The notes under the pieces were generated by a model that did not search any database, was not told where the DNA came from, and worked only from the letters and a program-made list of their open reading frames with translations. DNA of 64,000 nt from an uncultured bacterium (lineage in GTDB: Bacteria; Chloroflexota; UBA5177; JANWHV01). The stretch covers positions 288,001-352,000 of the forward strand of contig CAWHAE010000014.1 in the NCBI GenBank assembly GCA_963827235.1, read 5' to 3'. Below, one piece after another: positions 62,019 to 64,000 of the stretch. Numbering within the stretch: position 1 is the first letter of the stretch; each line of letters begins with the position of its first letter. Both the position numbers and the translations under genes were made by a program.

Positions 62019-63887
62019 CTATACCTGATCCCATGCCTGCATCGCGGCTCGACCCAGGTCGCCGACGATGTACAGGTCACCCAGCCTGCCCGGGCGAGAC
62101 TCGATCAGGCCCCGGCTCACCAGTTCGTCTACCACGCCGGCCACACGCGCGCGATCGAAGGGCCGGCCCTCGTCTCGAAGGGCGCGCGTCACGATACGAT
62201 TGGCCGCGCCGCGCCTCATGGAGAATGGTACGCCCGCGAGCGCCTGTAGCGCCAGCACGAGGTCCGACGCCGGCCGCGGCGCCGAGTGCTCTGGGCGGCA
62301 GCGATCGCACCTGCCGCAAGGCGGCACGGAGGGCCACGAGAGCGCGACGGCGAGCGCCTGCACCCGGCAGGGTCCAGCAGTCGCAAGCAGAGCCGGCATG
62401 CTTGCCGCGCCACGAGTGGCAGCTGCGGACAGGGCGGCGACGATGCGTGACAGGTAGTGAGCAGCCCGCGGCGCCGGCTTTGACAGCTCATACAGACGCT
62501 GGCGACCGTGCGGCTGGTACTCTATCTCGCCGTCGCGGGCGTGCGCTAGCAGCGATCGCTGAAGGTACACGGGTGACTGGCGCAGCTGAGCAGCCATCTG
62601 CAGCGGTGCGAAGGCGCGAACGTCCTCCGCTCCTACTCGCAGCGCGGGCGGGAGAGCAGGCGGTGCGCCGCGCCCATCAACCGCCGTCAGTACCGCGGCA
62701 CGAGGGAACTCGTCCAGCCGGCTACAGTACCCAGCGAGCTCCAGCACTCCGAGGCACAGCCCGGTTCGACTACGGTTCGTGGAACGACGCCGGGCGAGGG
62801 CATCGCCGCTCGATGCAATCAGCGCGTAACCGCCGCGAGACAGCGATCTGAGTGCGTAGTATACCTCTCGCATCTCCGCCAATGTGGGGACATGGGTCAG
62901 GGCGCGGCCGGGCAGGGCAGCGAGGTCGCGTCCGGCGCACAACACCACGACCTCACCGACCCAGCTCGCAGCCCGGCAGATGCTCTCGGGCATCGCCGGC
63001 GGGTGCGAGAACAGGACCAGGTCCATCCCTTCCATGGCGGCCTCGGCCAGCGCCGTTTCGGTTGCGACCAGTCCGCGCAGTCGGCTCCCCACTATCGCCT
63101 CCAGAACTGTGGACCTCTCGGCGGCAGTGAGCCCGCCGTGAAGTAGGCCGCAGCTGAAACCGCGGTCGCGAAGAGCGTCCCGAAGCCGCGTCGCCGCGCC
63201 CCGTGTAGGCGCCACGACCACAATCGAGCGCCCGCGTTCTCGGCACAGTCGCCAGAGCCTGTCCAATCGCTCGCCCTCGTGCCTCACCCGCAACACGCGC
63301 AAGCGCAGCGCGGCCGGCACGACTTCCGGGTAGCGTACGCTCTTCAGCGTGGCGCCCTCCGGCAGCAGCCGTGTCGACCCCGGCGCAATGGGATCTGACA
63401 AGATCACGATCGGAGTGCCCGGCGTCTCGCGCTCGAAGCGGCGCACGATAAGCTGGGCGAATACGATCGACTCATACAACCCCGCGGAGAGGCCGGTCAG
63501 ATCGAGTGCAATCAACGTGGGTGGCAGCGAGCGCAGGGATAACACCACCTCGGGCAGCCATGCCTGCTGTGGCGAAACGGCGAGCAGCCTGAAAGTGCCC
63601 GTCTCGTACTGCGCCAGTCGCAGAGCGAACTCGGCCGGCTCGGTGGCCGGCGGCAGAATGCCGAACCGGCCCTCGGCCGTGCCCGCGCGCAGCAAGGCGG
63701 ACTTGAACTGACCGGCAAGGGTAGTTAGCACGACGACGGCGCCGGGCTGACCACCCGCGATAGCCGCCAGCAGGTCGGCACGTGCCGCCACTCCCGGCAG
63801 CTGAACGAGGCACAAGCCTCCAGAGCCGATGCTGTGCATCACACGATCGGCGAGACTGGTCGCGGTCGGTTCGCTCGCGCTTGCCAT
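62019..63887 (-). CDS. Degenerate RecQ-like protein (pseudo-helicase) with Zn-binding and winged-helix regions
   Basis: Colinear with RecQ (TR...LHGGLTAAER...LVAT; CR...CGRCDRC) but Walker A, DEAH and motif VI are substituted. Confidence 0.75.
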   Translation of the reverse strand: MASASEPTATSLADRVMHSIGSGGLCLVQLPGVAARADLLAAIAGGQPGAVVVLTTLAGQFKSALLRAGTAEGRFGILPPATEPAEFALRLAQYETGTFRLLAVSPQQAWLPEVVLSLRSLPPTLIALDLTGLSAGLYESIVFAQLIVRRFERETPGTPIVILSDPIAPGSTRLLPEGATLKSVRYPEVVPAALRLRVLRVRHEGERLDRLWRLCRERGRSIVVVAPTRGAATRLRDALRDRGFSCGLLHGGLTAAERSTVLEAIVGSRLRGLVATETALAEAAMEGMDLVLFSHPPAMPESICRAASWVGEVVVLCAGRDLAALPGRALTHVPTLAEMREVYYALRSLSRGGYALIASSGDALARRRSTNRSRTGLCLGVLELAGYCSRLDEFPRAAVLTAVDGRGAPPALPPALRVGAEDVRAFAPLQMAAQLRQSPVYLQRSLLAHARDGEIEYQPHGRQRLYELSKPAPRAAHYLSRIVAALSAAATRGAASMPALLATAGPCRVQALAVALSWPSVPPCGRCDRCRPEHSAPRPASDLVLALQALAGVPFSMRRGAANRIVTRALRDEGRPFDRARVAGVVDELVSRGLIESRPGRLGDLYIVGDLGRAAMQAWDQV

Positions 63888-64000
63888 ACGAGCACTGTAG
63901 CGCACGGCGGGCGCAGCCGGCAGTTGAGCTACACTGCAAGCATGGGAGCCACCTCGGATAGTGTGGCTTGCGCTGTTGCCGGCGTGACTGGGATGCCGTC

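Overview
High-GC bacterial chromosomal window, most likely Chloroflexota (inferred from a Chlor_Arch_YYY/DUF2298 membrane protein, YFPxTGH-type surface repeats, a GAAC-N4-GTTC LexA box and a T-box). It is mostly housekeeping: dacA-like, mcmA, sucD, ligA, two cyclophilins, rpmI-rplT, glyA, rpsT, holA, dnaK-dnaJ-hspR, argJBDR-thrB, rel, recJ, dprA, a PknB-like kinase, recA, pncC and cysE, plus three tRNAs and efflux/TetR modules. The left ~2.8 kb is the edge of a decayed island at tRNA-Arg(GCG). It holds an integrase remnant, an ISAs1 remnant and a DUF5648-repeat/papain-like protease gene that the ORF track misses. The most notable items are that protease, an ArsR-led operon resembling mycobacterial PIM lipid synthesis but with two acyltransferases, an intact RecQ homologue lacking its ATPase motifs, an HspR/HAIR-controlled dnaK operon and a candidate 6S RNA. 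Genes between ~39 and 48.5 kb carry many indels, probably assembly errors. No CRISPR array was seen. All family assignments come from motif recognition by eye; no searches were run.
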